The position numbers were made by a program, and so were the translations under genes. Below the pieces are notes generated by a model that was given only the letters and a program-made list of their open reading frames with translations, made no database searches and was not told the origin of the DNA. This document shows, piece after piece, positions 50,101 to 64,000 of a stretch of DNA of 64,000 bases. Source of the stretch: Phoronis australis (Eukaryota; Animalia; Phoronida); contig NMRA01000116.1 in assembly GCA_002633005.1 (NCBI GenBank), positions 156,474-220,473 of the forward strand. The letters run 5' to 3'. Position 1 is the first letter of the stretch. The number at the start of each line of letters is the position of its first letter.

Positions 50101-53100
50101 TCACTACAAATTCAAACCATCATCAGGATTTATGATTTCCATGAACTGCCAAGTGTCCGTAAATATTTCAACATTACTCACCCGCAAAGCTACTTTTAAC
50201 TCAGAACCTGGTTTTAAACGTCTTGCAAAACCACCTGCAAATAGATTTACAGGTAACATTTAAATGTACTCACATTGACACACCGACATTGAACTAAACT
50301 TTAATTTTGAAACATTACCAGAATCTCAAAATTACTCTAGTTTCATAATTACAAAAAAATTGGTATGGACACTTCAACTACTTTTCTTGGACTTCATTGC
50401 ATGTTATAAACAAAATTTTAACCTGAGTGAGGCAATTTTAATAGCATGTTTACCAATAAGGTGACATAGAGTTTTACCTTGCACAGCAGCCATGATGAGA
50501 CCAATAAATAGAAACATTTTTCCTTGCTGCATACTGAAAAACATTAAACTGACATTGAAGCATGTGAAATGTTCAATACCATTCAGTTCTTGGCCTCAAA
50601 ATCAGCAGCAATGTGCTAGAAAATACAGTTTAATCGCCATATAATTCAAAAAGTATGCATGCAAAGTTACATCAATTAATAAATAGCCTATAAACCTACC
50701 CAGCAAAAAGGCCTTTTTCTTCATTTTTACCCGTCCTTGATGAAACCATGTTATCAGAATAAATAACAGAAATAATACAATAAAGGACTGACTTTGACTA
50801 CTTGGTAAAGTTCATTTTCAGATGAGAAATTAAATCATGTAAATAAGCCAGTAAACAGAACAAGGGAAACGAAACAATAAAGCAACAACTTTATTAATTA
50901 ATGACTTCGGAAACACTGAAAACGGAGCTACAATAAAATTCTCAGCAAAGCTTAATACAGAAATAATCTTTAGTATTACGGTTAGCGGCAGAGTTCATTT
51001 CAGATGAGGTTAGTGGCTATTTACCCACGCTCAAACACAAAGAACAACCTTTAATTAAATCACTTTCTATTGAAACTGCTCTCCAAATGTTTCTTAGAAA
51101 AAATACAGGTGAGATTTTTGAGCTTGGAAAGAACTGACTGTCCTTCATTGCGTGACACAAGGCTCTGCAAGCTGACTTGTCACTACGTATCATTTCATCT
51201 AATGAGCACACTGACTGTTGGTCATTGCGTGACACGAGGCTTTACAAGTTGACTTGTTACAACGTATCACTTCATCTAACGACCACATTGACTATTGGTC
51301 ATTGCGTGACACGAGGCTTTGCAAGTTGACTTGTTACAACGTATCATTTCATCTAACGACCACATTGACTATTGGTCATTGCGTGACACGAGGCTTTGCA
51401 AGTTGACTGCAAGCGGCTGGAGCTTGGTAATGGAAACATAACATCTTTTACCAATAAATAGTGTTGGTTTAAATACTAGTAAAAAGTGATGCCTCTAGCA
51501 TATTTTAATTTACCAAATTTCAATGTGTTAACATTCAAGCTAGGCTTTAAAACAACCATTTGAAAACAATATTGCAGTTTGAACACAACTGTGCTGACCC
51601 CACTAGTACCTCAAATCCAGTGTTACATAGTACTACATACTAAGTGTTTTGTATGGCATAATTGAGTAGACTTTAAAGATCATACTCTGGCTTACCTATC
51701 GTATTTAAATACATTGTGGGTGACAAAAGTGAGAGTGAACTCAAGACCAGAGTAAAAGAACAGATAGAGAAAATACACCAGACCCAATCGCTGCATGCTG
51801 TGGGTATCTGCAAAACATGGAGTAAAACAAATCCAGGGTCAGGGGAGACAAGGTAGACACACACAAGCATGTGGTAAACATGTCTTCTAAACAAGATTCC
51901 TTCGGCACAACTGGCTTTTGTTCTTTCAGGTCCAGCTTCTGCTGTGAGTTGGTGATGTGTATCATTAGTTGATAAGACATGCTGGAAACTGAGCAGCTCA
52001 AGACTTGGATTTTTGTTGACATAGTACTTCATAACAATTTTGAAAATTTAAGAACCCACACAGTCTAATTTTTACTGCAACCTCTACTCACATTTTATGA
52101 TTTTGATCAGTTTTCATGTCCCACAAAGAAAATGGAAAATAGAGCCTGGATGCTTTCAAGGCTTCTGTTTAGATATGATCTGATAAGAAACGGTACCTAC
52201 CCTCATTGTGTGACCCAGTGAATAGAGTCATTCTATTGTCGATAACTAGCCCCCTATGGAGAATGCAATGAGGATAGAACCTGTGGAGCTGACGGGACAA
52301 AAGATTTCTACAAATCGATCCTTATCTTGTTTAAAAGGGATGTTTACAACATGAAAACATACTTAGTGTGACAACACACATACATTCACAAAAATGAACA
52401 TCTGTCCATGCAATGGGAACATGGTCAAAAGTACTGACAGGGGTGCGTTCAGTAGACCCAAGACACTCGTGAAACACTAGCGGTAAGAAATCTTTGCTTA
52501 TGGAATGGAGATTAATAGTGAAATTTCTCCCATAATTTAACCTTCCAGTGAACCAACCACATCTGATTCAGTAATCGTCATTTCACTAGGATAAGGTAGC
52601 AAGATACCACGCAGACTGTCTCGCAAAACGCTCGACTTTTAATCGCATGATTTTGCGTGATCTTTCATCACATAGGATTTAAAACGAATTTCTCACATCT
52701 TCGGAATGCACCCTCGTAAGAATAATACAGAGACAATAAACACCACACACTCTAATCTAGTGTTCACCTGTAACAACTAATGTGACAAAATTCCAACACA
52801 GTCATCTCTATCATTAAGACACGAGACATGTACAAATACTTCAATCTGAAACAATGCCCACTTCAAGAGAGTGACTACCCTAACTCATTTTTACACCAAA
52901 AAGTAGAATTATAAAATACAGTAATATCATCATCAAAAAAGTATTTTTCCGCGATCAGCCCAAACACGGACTCAAACTTGGAACCTTCCTCATCACAGCC
53001 AAATACTTGTGGAGCTAAATTCCAAACGACAAAAAGCGAAGTATTTTAATCATATTTAACTGGTAGTCACCAGCCTTGATTTCAGAAAATGACAATGACA

Positions 53101-56100
53101 AGAAAAGGAGATTCATAGCAAAATCACTGACCTTTTAGAGAAAGATAACAAGTTATTTGAAATTGTCAAGTACATAAAGTTCATTAGCAAAAATCATGTG
53201 TAATAACAAATACTGTCAGTTTCCACACTCCTTAAAGCAAGCAGCTTGTAAACATGCCATCTGCAAAATGCAAATATGTGGATGACATTTTTGAAATCAC
53301 AGCATTTACCTGCCCGTGATACGCCCTCTACTGGTGAAAACGTGAACAGTGAGTAAGGATTGATGAGGCGAACTCCCTGCTGTAAACCGGACTTGACTGA
53401 CTTAGCCTGAAACATAAGTTTACACCTGAGTGTCCAGTTGTATCGATAGCAGTCAGATAAAATAATATAATGCCCAAAATATTGCGTCTGCTGCTTATTC
53501 CGAAAGAAAGAGTTTACCATATGTGACCAGGGCCCAGGAGCTAATCTTTGTACTTAAAATCGAACTCAAAATTGTTTTTGACATTTTCCGTAATTGTACT
53601 TCAATATAAACTCAAAATAGCCAATTACTCTATACTTGAGTACATTACAATTTTTGCAGATGAGTTTCCAGTCCAAGTTCACACTAAACTACCCTAGATT
53701 CAAGCTAAAAACTCGAGTAAAAACTAGAGACTTTAAGCGAAAACTCGAAATTTCAGGTTCGGACTCAAATTTTAATGCTGGGGCCATCATTAGGCAAATC
53801 TTACGCTAAAAGCATTTGCATGCAAGCGGATGAGAAAGCATGCACCGTTTACCCCAGAGTATCGAGTGAATTCCTCAACACTTCAATGGCTTGATGGCAC
53901 TGTCATGGATTGAAGTGAGCTACCATAGTCGCTATTTATGGGCTTGGCTCAATGTGTTGGATGTGATAATTGCAATTGTGAATCAACACGTCAAAGTAAA
54001 AAACAAACGATAAGTAAGGCAAACGACCAACATGGCTGTTTTTAAAATTGAAAAATAAATAGTAGCAGCATCTTTTAAGTTTTTGAAATCAATACATTCT
54101 AAGAGAAATTAGCAAATAAGTGTTCTTTGGCATCGCGGCTAAGCTACGAGCATTAATTTATGAATCGATTAGGACCAGTTAGTCACAGTCTGGCTTACGC
54201 TAGCTTGGGCGGAAAACCCTAAATGTTAGGATAGGAGTTGTCTCGTATGAAGTGAAAACTATGATTATATAGTCACTTGTCACTTGAATTCAATTTCTAG
54301 TCCAAAGACTAGAGAACAGGCCTCGNTTTAGTCTATTTATGTAGGTTTGCTGGATATTGTATGCCCAGTGTTTAATTGTTGAACTGTAACGGCTGCTTTG
54401 TGGTGGTTTCGTCTAATGCGGGTTCGAGTCCCGTGTGCTAGCCGTATTGATTATTGGGTAACGTTACATTATCGGCAAACTAATAACTGACATACCGTGT
54501 ACTAAATAATTATAAATCACTAAGAATATTAAAGGAATGTGTCTCAATTCGTTAAATAAAGTCTAAAATGTATTTCAAACACAAGCCAACAGGTTTTAAA
54601 GTAGGGCCCATGTACCGCGTTTCTGAATTGAATAAATTACAGAATGTTTTTCTCAATTTCATTTTAACTGTCACAGCTGCCCACGTCAAACCTTCTTTAA
54701 AACTTGAAGTGTCCATCTGCCTCAAGCAAATATCACTCCAGGCATCTATGCTGGATTAAAAGTCAACTGAAACAGAGCTTTGATTGCCTGGATGACCCTT
54801 ATGGTTTTAGTCAGCCTTCCCACTGAGACGAAAGATGTTCCCAGTTGTTCACATTCTTGTAACTACACAAAATCAATAAAAGACTTTCCAAACAGTGAAT
54901 TAAAAACATACTGCAGAACATTTTGAATTGAACTTCATGAGACGGATTTTCACCACATCAACAAAACTCAGGTGTGCTACAGGAGAGGCACTGTCACATT
55001 TATTATTTTCAGAATGATTAAATTATAACTTTTAATTATAACTGCTACTGACTTTTTACGTTATCCGTGTCTTGCACTAGTACCTTTCGTTTTTGCCTTG
55101 TGCGTTCACATTTTTCTTTTATTTTCCTGTACTTGTTTGATTCTAACAAATTTATTATAATTATTACTATTATTATTATCAATACAACTTACCACACAAC
55201 TACACAGGATGAAAAATAATTTTTTGGCTTTAGAAGAACTCAATCACATAGTTTGGTGCTGCTTCAGAACATGCTAAGTGTATAAAATGACCAGTTCGGT
55301 AAAACCAACTTATCGAGCCTGGTCTCAAGTCAAAACAAACCGTCAGTTCTTCCCAAGCCGAAGCACTAATCACCTCTACTGGCAAAGCCACAAGCAAAAG
55401 TCGAAACCAGTTCTTACAATGGCAAGCGGTATTCACCTTATTCACAAAGTCACCATTTTGTAGTGAGCCTCTTTTTAGATTTAAAAAACAATATATTGGA
55501 GACATAAATACGAGACACGCAGAAAATCACGCAGCACAGAATGCACTGTTTTTAAATCCTAAAAAGATGGTCACTTTTAAAATGGTGACTACATGAATAA
55601 GGTGTATACATCGAAAGAGTTAGTTCTTTATGGAAGGCAGGTTTGTGTCAGCAATAAAGTTATGTGGGCCTTGTGAATCGTAAGTCAAATATCTACAAAA
55701 CCTTAAATGAGCAACGATATACAACTTACTCGTTTACTGGCAGGCAGGGTCTCTTTAAATGATAGGAACACAAACACGATGTCTATCACTGACAGAGTTA
55801 AGGCAAACATGGCAGGGGCCACGTAGAATTCCCCCGTCTGGCTACGCGACCACCGTGAGAAACCAGCCCCAATCATTGGCCCCACAATGAAGCCAATAGA
55901 AAATGCAACACCAATGAGTGCCTGGAAATAACAATCACTATTACAAGCAAACACCATCGTTGACATAATCAGCAACCACAAGACAATGAAACAATGGCTG
56001 ACTAAGAGCAATAAAACAGCATGAAGACATCTTCTCTTATTTTAACAAATGATTAAACAATGATCTCAGATTACTCAATATGAAATAACTACATCCAAAT

Positions 56101-59100
56101 GAACTTCATTGGCAAACCAGCCAGAAAGTTTCCAGGAATATGAAACCAAAATATGGACTGAAAATGGACAATGTCAATCAAATTAAAACACACAAGGCAT
56201 TTCCATTTCCGTTCTGCAAGAGTCAAGCAGATCAAGCAGACAAGTGAAAGATGAAAGAATCAGGAAGTCTTTTCAAACTTACAAAAAATGTTGGGATACA
56301 AGAACATGAAGCACTAAAATAATGAGAATTAAAAGACTGAAGAAAACAAAAAATTCATGTGTAACTCACATTTATTGGTCAACATGTTATGTTATACAAT
56401 GGTACTGCAGTAGTAGTTTCATTTCAAATCAATACATTGTTGATCACCTTACCATTCCCTTGGCACGTGTCCTACTGGAGCAGACGTCAGTGACAATGGC
56501 CGTACTCAGGCTAATGTTGCCCTTACTTATGCCACCAATAATCCGGGCCAGAACAAACAGGGTAAAACTTTTTGACAATGCCCACACAGCGTAGGAGGCT
56601 CCAATGCCAACCTAAAAAGATTGAATAATAAATAAATCATAAAGCTATTGGGTCTACTTACACCAACCTCTAGCATACTTACATTCATTTGGCACAACAT
56701 TTTGGTTAGTCTTTTCTCCAGCCATCTTCCAATGTTAGAGCATTCTAAGAAAAATTACTGAGTGATGTTAGAGGACTTCATGGTATAGAAGTTAGAGTGC
56801 AGGACTTGCAGGACTGACAATCTAAAGGTCCCAGTTTCAACCCCAACTTGTGCCAAGAAAAAAAATAAAAAGAGCTCATCATTGGCGACCATGAATGCAC
56901 CATACACCAAGTTCAGTTTTCTAAAAATGCTATAACACCCGAAGAAGGCAAGAGAAATAACCATTGACCAACCACAACATCATGCCAATGTTGGTACAAA
57001 TAATGCAACAGATTTTAGAAAAGATGTTACCACATCACCACCTTTATCAAAATTGCCTGCATTATGAAGTAGCGTCCATAAAATAGTAACTTATCAAAGA
57101 AAACTAAAACAAATAACAGGGGCCGCTACCGTGGTCAAATCCATCCGCAGACTGACTGTTTATGGCATATCCTCGACACATGCAAATCATTGTGCTAAAT
57201 TTCATCACAATCTGTTAAGCAATTTTTGAAATAATCAGTGGACAAAGAAACGTAACAGTGAACAAAAAGACAGAATGATGAATAGGATGTTACCACAAAA
57301 TTTTTGGTGAGCAATGAATGGAATTGGATATGACGTCTCAAAGCAAGGTAGACAATTCGATCAGGTTTTTAATCTAACAAACCCTCCAGCATGAGCCATT
57401 GTAAGAATGTATTCTGTAAGCCATCTTTATTTTATCTCAGTAGTAAGACAACAAAGCAGGTCTGAATTCTTTACAATGCAACATTTCTAATATGAAAGAA
57501 TTGTTTGACAAGCCCTTATATCATAAAATGGATAGGATTCACATTTCAGCAATCAGCTATCAACTTAGGAACTATTTAATCCAGCTCAACCATCGACACT
57601 CGATAAATGAATAGTGAAAGTTGGAAAAATAATCTAAGATAGTTTGAATTTAAGCTGACAATATCTAACAGAGCTATGAAGAACACAAACGCTGGCAATA
57701 CTTGAATGTTTAGAAATGACGGGTAAATGAAATATAGCAAAATTATACCTACTAGTAGTAACTTGACATGGTTTTGTGGTATTTTTACATTAATTATGAA
57801 AACAATTTGAACAAATTTCTGATGATACCATTGTGAGGAGCAGCATAGGTCGACGTCCGTAGTAGTCTGAGGCAGCACCAATCATGGGTGAGGCCACAAA
57901 TTGTAACAGCGAGAACAGCGAGCCAATCAGACCTGAGGACAGATTAAAGCCTTTGTATGAATGGTAATAAGAATATTGCACATTACTTGACCAACACTAC
58001 ATTCGACGTACAACATGCAACAGTATGACAAAAAATTCTATACGGCAGCTCTTCAGAAAAAATAAGAATTTGATATTTCACCAAAAGTTAAATATATTTA
58101 GACAAAAGTATGAAATTGTTAAAAGTAATGAATGTTTTCATAAGGAAAATTATTCTAACTTCTTTAATAAAGATGAACATTATTAAAAAAGTGTCTATGT
58201 CCTCAGGAGAACCTGTCGTATGCTAGGCACTAACGATGCCTTAGTGGTGCATCTACATCTACTGTTCCCAATGAATGAATGACAAAATAACACTTGACAT
58301 AAGATTACAACGGGTGTACATCCAAAATTACTTAGAACCAAGGTGCTATTGTGCTAATGACAAGGTAATTGACAGGGATAGTATAGGCTCAGTCCAACTT
58401 GGTTATTAAGTGCAGAAAAGCACAGATTGCCCTAAAACTCATCATCTTTTAGTGAAAGACGCTGCCTACTTTCATTCAAAGAAACAATTCTGGCACTTGT
58501 GTTGTCCTTAAAAACTTGTTTACCAAAATGTTTCGATTTTATTTTAAGTGTCCAGTTACCATGTTATTTTCATGTCGAATTGTGATTCATGCAATGGCCT
58601 CTAAACTGTCCATCATTGAGGTTATCGACTCAAATTCAAAAGATTCTGATTCAAGATCCACACTTCAAATGACAGGTGCAAGATGAGGTATGCACTGGGA
58701 CTAGCGGGGTTCTGTATGAATTTCAACTCTTCATTGACCATTGATAGTGTTTTCTCACCTACTCTACCTCGCGATAACGTAAAGTCATAAAGAAACACAT
58801 ACCAGCATCAGATGAAATAAAATGTGTTAACATCCTGTTATATCACATGTTCTATGTTATCTGCTTCATGCATGAATAATGAAAACAGAAACTACAGGGA
58901 GAAGTGAAATGAAGAAAAAATTTAACTCTATGTAACATGTACTATTAATACTGGGTTGTCTACTCAGGTTACACAAACACTTATCTGAACACAAAAAATG
59001 CTTTCCATGAAATATTCTAAATAAAAGGATGATCTACTAGATACAAGCAAGAGATTGTAGTCATCAAGTCATACGATGTGGTAGACAAACCCTAAAGCTT

Positions 59101-62097
59101 CAAGCCTCTATCAGGGAGGGCCTCAAGCCTGTAGCATTACATTTGGCTCTGATTCATTTTAACATCAGTTTGCAAGTACTTTCACAGACAAAAAGTAAAT
59201 TACGCCGCCATAACTAGGTCAGGCCAAAATCACAAAATTCAAATGAAATAAGCAGGGCTGAGGCCAGTGAAGTCCATTCAGTCCATAATTATATCATTAC
59301 ATAATTAAGGGGTGGAAATGATTTCATGGTGACACATCTAAATTCCAGCTATGATCTCTTAAACCTCAGTCCCGAATCAGTAAACACCAAACCCGCAGAT
59401 CAAATCCCAGATTCGCACCCTAAACTATAGCCAAGCGCCGAAAATGCTCCATACCCTAAAACTAAACTTGATACACTAATTAAATCTTCCGGTGTGGAGT
59501 TTGGTCACTGGTATGGATCATTTTTGACACGTGTGTAAACTGGGAGGCTGAAACTGTGCTTAGGGGATCATAGTTGTGTCTAAGGAATCGCCTCCACCGC
59601 AAGGTAATAAGGAATTAAGGCTAATTCAGTGTCTTACTATTCAAAACAATCGGTTCCACCCCAAAACATGAATTGGAATTTTTGTTTTGAGAGATGACAT
59701 TGCATGGTGCTAAATAATTTTTGTTGACAAGCACCCAAAATTATTGCCCACAAGTTATGAAATGCTCATTAGTTACTATTATGAGTTACTGACAGTACAG
59801 TATGACACTACGAGGATTTAGGCCACTCCCACTTACAAAACTGGGTTAATGAACATTAGCCACTGTCATCAGTTATTGTCATTCCAGAGCCACACTGAAA
59901 GGATTTAGGTGACTACTACTTGCAAAATAGGGTAAATGAACACTAAAATAAAGCTATGGTAACTCCCCTAATTGATTTCTTTTGGAGCATTCCGGAATAA
60001 TGAAAAATGTGAAATAAAAATAATACTAAGAATACCAACCAGGACTTCAATAATAATAACAAAATCATAAGGTGATACCAGACTACATAAACTTTTCAAA
60101 TATACTTTACCTCCAAACAAAACAGAGTTCCACTTGGCTTCATTAGGTGCTCCTACAAGCTGGCGAAATCCATTTACCGACTGCAGGACAGTAGTATACA
60201 ACCCATCCTAGAAGTAATGCAGGAATTGAAGCGGTGGAATCAAAGTTTACAGAATTAGTGTACACTTAGTTATTTACATCAAAGTTTACAGTGAAGTTGA
60301 GGAACCTAGCAGCAATTTTCATGGAAAAGAAAACAGCCAATGACAGAAATTAAGTAATTCTTGCCAATTATCTATGAGCTGCAATATATCTGTGCCTAGT
60401 TGCATGAAACAGTTCCAAACAGGGACTCAACAAAGTTCCCTAAATCTTTTGCGTATTTGTGTCATTCTTTACTATGTCTCACAATCTAATCTTTTTCTGT
60501 CATTTTATCTTAATTACAGCTCTCCTCTTTGACTTCTGACATTGTCCAAAATATAACCACAAACTGAGCCCTTGGGTCCACGAAATCAATAAAGACTTGG
60601 TCCTTAAATTGGGGGTGATGCATGAAAAATACCTACTTATTTTCCATAATATTAAGAATTCACTCTCGATTTGTGTCAAAGCCAAAAACTGAACTAACAA
60701 TGAAAATAAAACAGTATAAGAAAGGACAATCAGTGTTTTCAAAAGTTCACAAATACTCAGTAGGTCTAGAGATCTTAGTAGAGTCCCTGTTTGGGACTGT
60801 TTCATGCAACTGAGCACAGTTGTGCATTCCAAGGACCAAGTTAGATGTCAGATAAGTGAGGTTACGTAAGACCAAGCCAAAACACACAAGTGAAAGTCTT
60901 CACAAGTATTGAGACCTCAAACGTAGGCTAGCAAAATGGTCACCATTGAAGTGATTGGTTGATGAGGTCAGAATGTGGAATTTTGGGGGAAAGTTCACTA
61001 TTTCTGTTCCATAGGTGAAGATGTCTTCCCAAAAAATGCTCCACCAGTGTCTTGCCTTTACAGAACACATCCCTAATCTCCAGCAAGAATTAAAATCGAC
61101 AGTTGTTGCATTTTGAGAGAGTTGTCTCAGCAATAAATAATTTAATGATTTGATAGAAAACCACCTGGACACAGTTTCTTCAATCTCAGCTTGAGAACAG
61201 AAGAGTCAGTATTTCATACAGGCATTGCAAATAGCCTTCATTAGACTGTCAAAGTCAATGACCCTTTGAAAGTTTTAACTACAAAATACATTTACTAGAC
61301 AAATACTGAATCAGGTATTGTTAAGTCTTATCTGCAGATCGGTATGCCAGAGACTACCGATTTATAAACTAAGGGAAGGTATCTTCAATAGCAAGTTTGC
61401 GAGATCAGAAGCAATGTGGATTTTTGTCTCACTTTTTTGGCGTCATGGCGATAACCTGTGTTACTGCATAGCAGGAATTCACCTGATGTTTGAGAGATCT
61501 CACACTGGTTTGTGAGATCTCACACTCCCTGGTTTTCACATGCAGGGCTGCAGACAAAACACAAGGTGAGGCAATATGGTGTAGATTATGAACAAGTAGA
61601 GCAGAACGACACATGAATCTAAAAAGCAAATCGGGTACAAAAGCAACTAAAAAAGGGAGACAATAAAAATTCTTCAATTCATGAAAATGCTGTTATTTTC
61701 CATTTTTCAAGGTTATTGTATAACATGAATGTTATAAAGACAAAAAAGTTCATCAACAAAATCTAACGATGAATAAAATAATGTAATTCCAGTTGACAGA
61801 AGATTAACCACCGTGATTTTCATTGCAGATAAGCTACAGTAAACAAAAAATTGTTTGCGAAGTCTAATTAGTAATTAGACTTCACAAACAATAATTGCTA
61901 TACACAATAATCTCAAGAATTTTCTATTGCCATACCTGCCTATGACCGTAAAAATCTAGCAGGGCGGGAAGTAGAGGCAGAATGACTGTGAAGGCCAGCA
62001 GATCGACCAACAGGGACACGAATACAACATAGACGATACTTGGAAGGCGATGACTATCTCCAGACTTGTCCACGCTGTCTCCTTTGTTGTCAACCAT
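47110..62097 (-). CDS. MFSD10: Major facilitator superfamily domain-containing protein 10-like (TETRAN) transporter, about 453 aa, complete
   Basis: Exons: 62097-61936 (VFVSLLVDLLAFTVILPLLP), 60207-60111, 57932-57829 (GAASDYYGRRP, MFS motif A), 56611-56453 (ARIIGGISKGNISLS), 55921-55730 (GVAFSIGFIVGPMIG), 53406-53310, 51807-51696 (FYSGLEFTLTF), 50533-50478 (MQQGKMF), 50234-50182, 48755-48665, 48265-48128 (QKGAVLGIFRSLGALARALGP), 47210-47110 (TGA). All introns are GT-AG and the 1362 nt frame is open. Confidence 0.93.
48998..49833. mobile_element. PIF/Harbinger-type MITE with TTA TSD
   Basis: TTA|GGGCTGTTCCAGTAAAATCCGTGTGGGAGGGGG ... CCCCCTCCCATACAGATTTTGCTGGAACAGCCC|TTA. Confidence 0.8.
51135..51408. 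repeat. Minisatellite, 77-bp unit x about 3.5
   Basis: TCATTGCGTGACACGAGGCTTTGCAAGTTGAC.. at 51145, 51222, 51299 and 51376. Confidence 0.9.
52441..52713. mobile_element. Harbinger-like MITE
   Basis: Inverted ends GGGTGCGTTC / GAATGCACCC. No clear TSD. Confidence 0.5.
53530..53784. mobile_element. Possible Harbinger-like MITE
   Basis: Ends GGGCCCAG / CTGGGGCC, with repeated AAACTCRA motifs inside. Confidence 0.4.
54385..54468 (+). mobile_element. Short TG..CA LTR-like unit with Pol III B box
   Basis: 7-bp inverted termini TGTAACG..CGTTACA, with an internal T-arm CGGGTTCGAGTCCCG. Confidence 0.4.
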
Positions 62098-64000
62098 TCT
62101 CACAACTGCAATGATTGTAAGTTGCAATTAATCAGGAACAGTAAGGCAGTTGAAACAGTGCTCACGCATCTTCATTGGTCTACTGAAAGAATGAAACTGG
62201 GACGGAGTACTTTCTACTAGATTTTGGTGAAGTGTGCCTCTGGGAAATTTTGACACTGTTATACTAGGTGTGTGGCAAAACGCTACGAGTTTCACTGGCT
62301 AAAATGCTAGCGTTTTCGCTACCAGCAAGACGATCAAAACTGTTGCAAAAGGGATATTTTCGTAAATAATTATTTCGTAATCTCACCACCCGAGTCACTT
62401 TTAAGCGAAAAACAGTTCACATTCTGCCATAAATTGATTGATGTGACAATGAAATATGTCTTACTCCTGTGCATGTGTGTCCTTTGAAGTAGTGTGGCTG
62501 CAGTTTTGGGGTATCTTGAATAAACCTACAGCCAACTGTCAGCAAGTGATCCTTGCGACCTCACATTACTGGTGTTTTTGCTGCTAGCAAAAGTGGTAGT
62601 GACATCGCTTGCATTTAAGAGTGCTGACAAGGTACCCCAAGTAATGACCCATCACGTCTTGCCATTCCACCTATTGTGAAGCTCAATTCTGTTTGAACAC
62701 AGTTGTTATGAAGGGGGAAAAGCCACTTTCTGATATAGCAGTGTTGAGATAAAATATATCTTGTCACTAGATGGCGATAGTATAGTGTAGTCGGTGAGAC
62801 ACTAGTCCACATTCTTGTATGGATGTTTTCAGTGTTTTTTTATATTAGTTTTGTGAAATCAAATTGCCATAGTTAAGCAGGTATTTTTTGGTGCTTTCTC
62901 GTAAATTTTTTTGACCAACAAGACATCAAATTTTCATAGTTGTATGATGGGACATTTGCACAATTCACACAAAATGTCTGTTTCAAAGTGTCTGAATAAA
63001 GGAAACTGCATTTTGTCCCTCTCACCAGAATTAGAGATTGGGTGAAGTGAAAGAAGCCTTTGCACTCTCACAAGGCTAAAGAATTATACGTAGAATGTTT
63101 CCTATTCCACGACACTTTGTGAGTTGCAGTTATTAAAAGTGATCTAGCTGGGGGCTTTTATGAAAATGCTACCCTTTTGTTGAGGTTTTCTCTAACAAAT
63201 CATTTTGTAGGAGATTAAATTAGTGTTGCAGGGATTCAACAACTTGTTACCCACATAAAGAAAATACTGAATCGAACAATAAGTTTTAATTAATTCTATG
63301 ATCTTGCTAAAAAAGTAAAATCCCTGGAGGTATTTAATCAGGTGAAGTTTCCTTTGTCACACCCAAATCTTCATTTGGTAATTCTAAAAAAGTCACATAA
63401 ACGTGGTGAGAGCAGCGTAAAAATGGCCAGTTGCCGATTTCGAACGAATCACTGTTCGAAAAAAGTTTGATTGCGGGAGCCATTCAAATTGGGAAGAGTT
63501 AACTCTTTAAAAAGACATCTAGGCCTCCTAATTAAGGTGTCCCTCTATGCGCAAGGGGCAGATTTAAGGTAGGCATTGCCTGTAGACTCAGTGAACGTGG
63601 TTTGTTTGCATTTGTGAACTTATTAAGAATGGAAAAGACCACTTGCTCAGCTGTAACTACACTTTTCTTCAAGATGGCAGCCTCATGTTGCAATTATGCA
63701 TTGCTGGGTAGCGACTGGGAAATTGGTTGTGATTTCAGGTAACCCTCAAACAAGCCAAAACTACCAAAAAAATAGTTGGTTGACCACATTTTTGGAATCG
63801 GTAGGCAATTTGCTTTCAGAATCTAATGTTGGCTTATGTCGTGCATCGGTAGGAGAGTGGTGGTTTAGGGGTGAAAAGGGTCAATTTTGTTGTTTTTTGC
63901 CCCTTTTTCTTAGCCTACCTTGCATTTCAATAGGGGTGAAAGAGACATGAATGAAAACATGTCGTTCTTTGCATACGGTTTTATAGGCAATATACATCAC

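Overview
This is AT-rich, intron-rich eukaryotic genomic DNA, probably from an invertebrate animal; the species cannot be read from the sequence. The ORF track is mostly noise, so three spliced genes were rebuilt by hand from splice sites with consistent phases. (1) A prominin/CD133-like gene on the minus strand (ATG 33158, 13 exons traced) runs off the left edge. (2) A PX + 3xSH3 adaptor of the Tks4/Tks5/p47phox family on the plus strand (33442-45265, 10 exons, about 494 aa) lies head-to-head with prominin across 283 bp. (3) A complete MFSD10-like MFS transporter lies on the minus strand (62097-47110, 12 exons, about 453 aa). The introns are full of mobile DNA: hAT-, Tc1/mariner- and Harbinger-type MITEs, a Helentron/DINE-like element with internal tandem repeats, LINE and Gypsy fragments, tRNA-containing LTR-like units and minisatellites. 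The most notable signal is two diverged Kolobok-like deletion derivatives (14960-16637 and <1-545). Both lost the transposase catalytic core but kept a THAP-domain ORF facing the N-terminus of a KolX/P2X7-ballast-like ORF. Family assignments come from motif recognition only; no database search was run.
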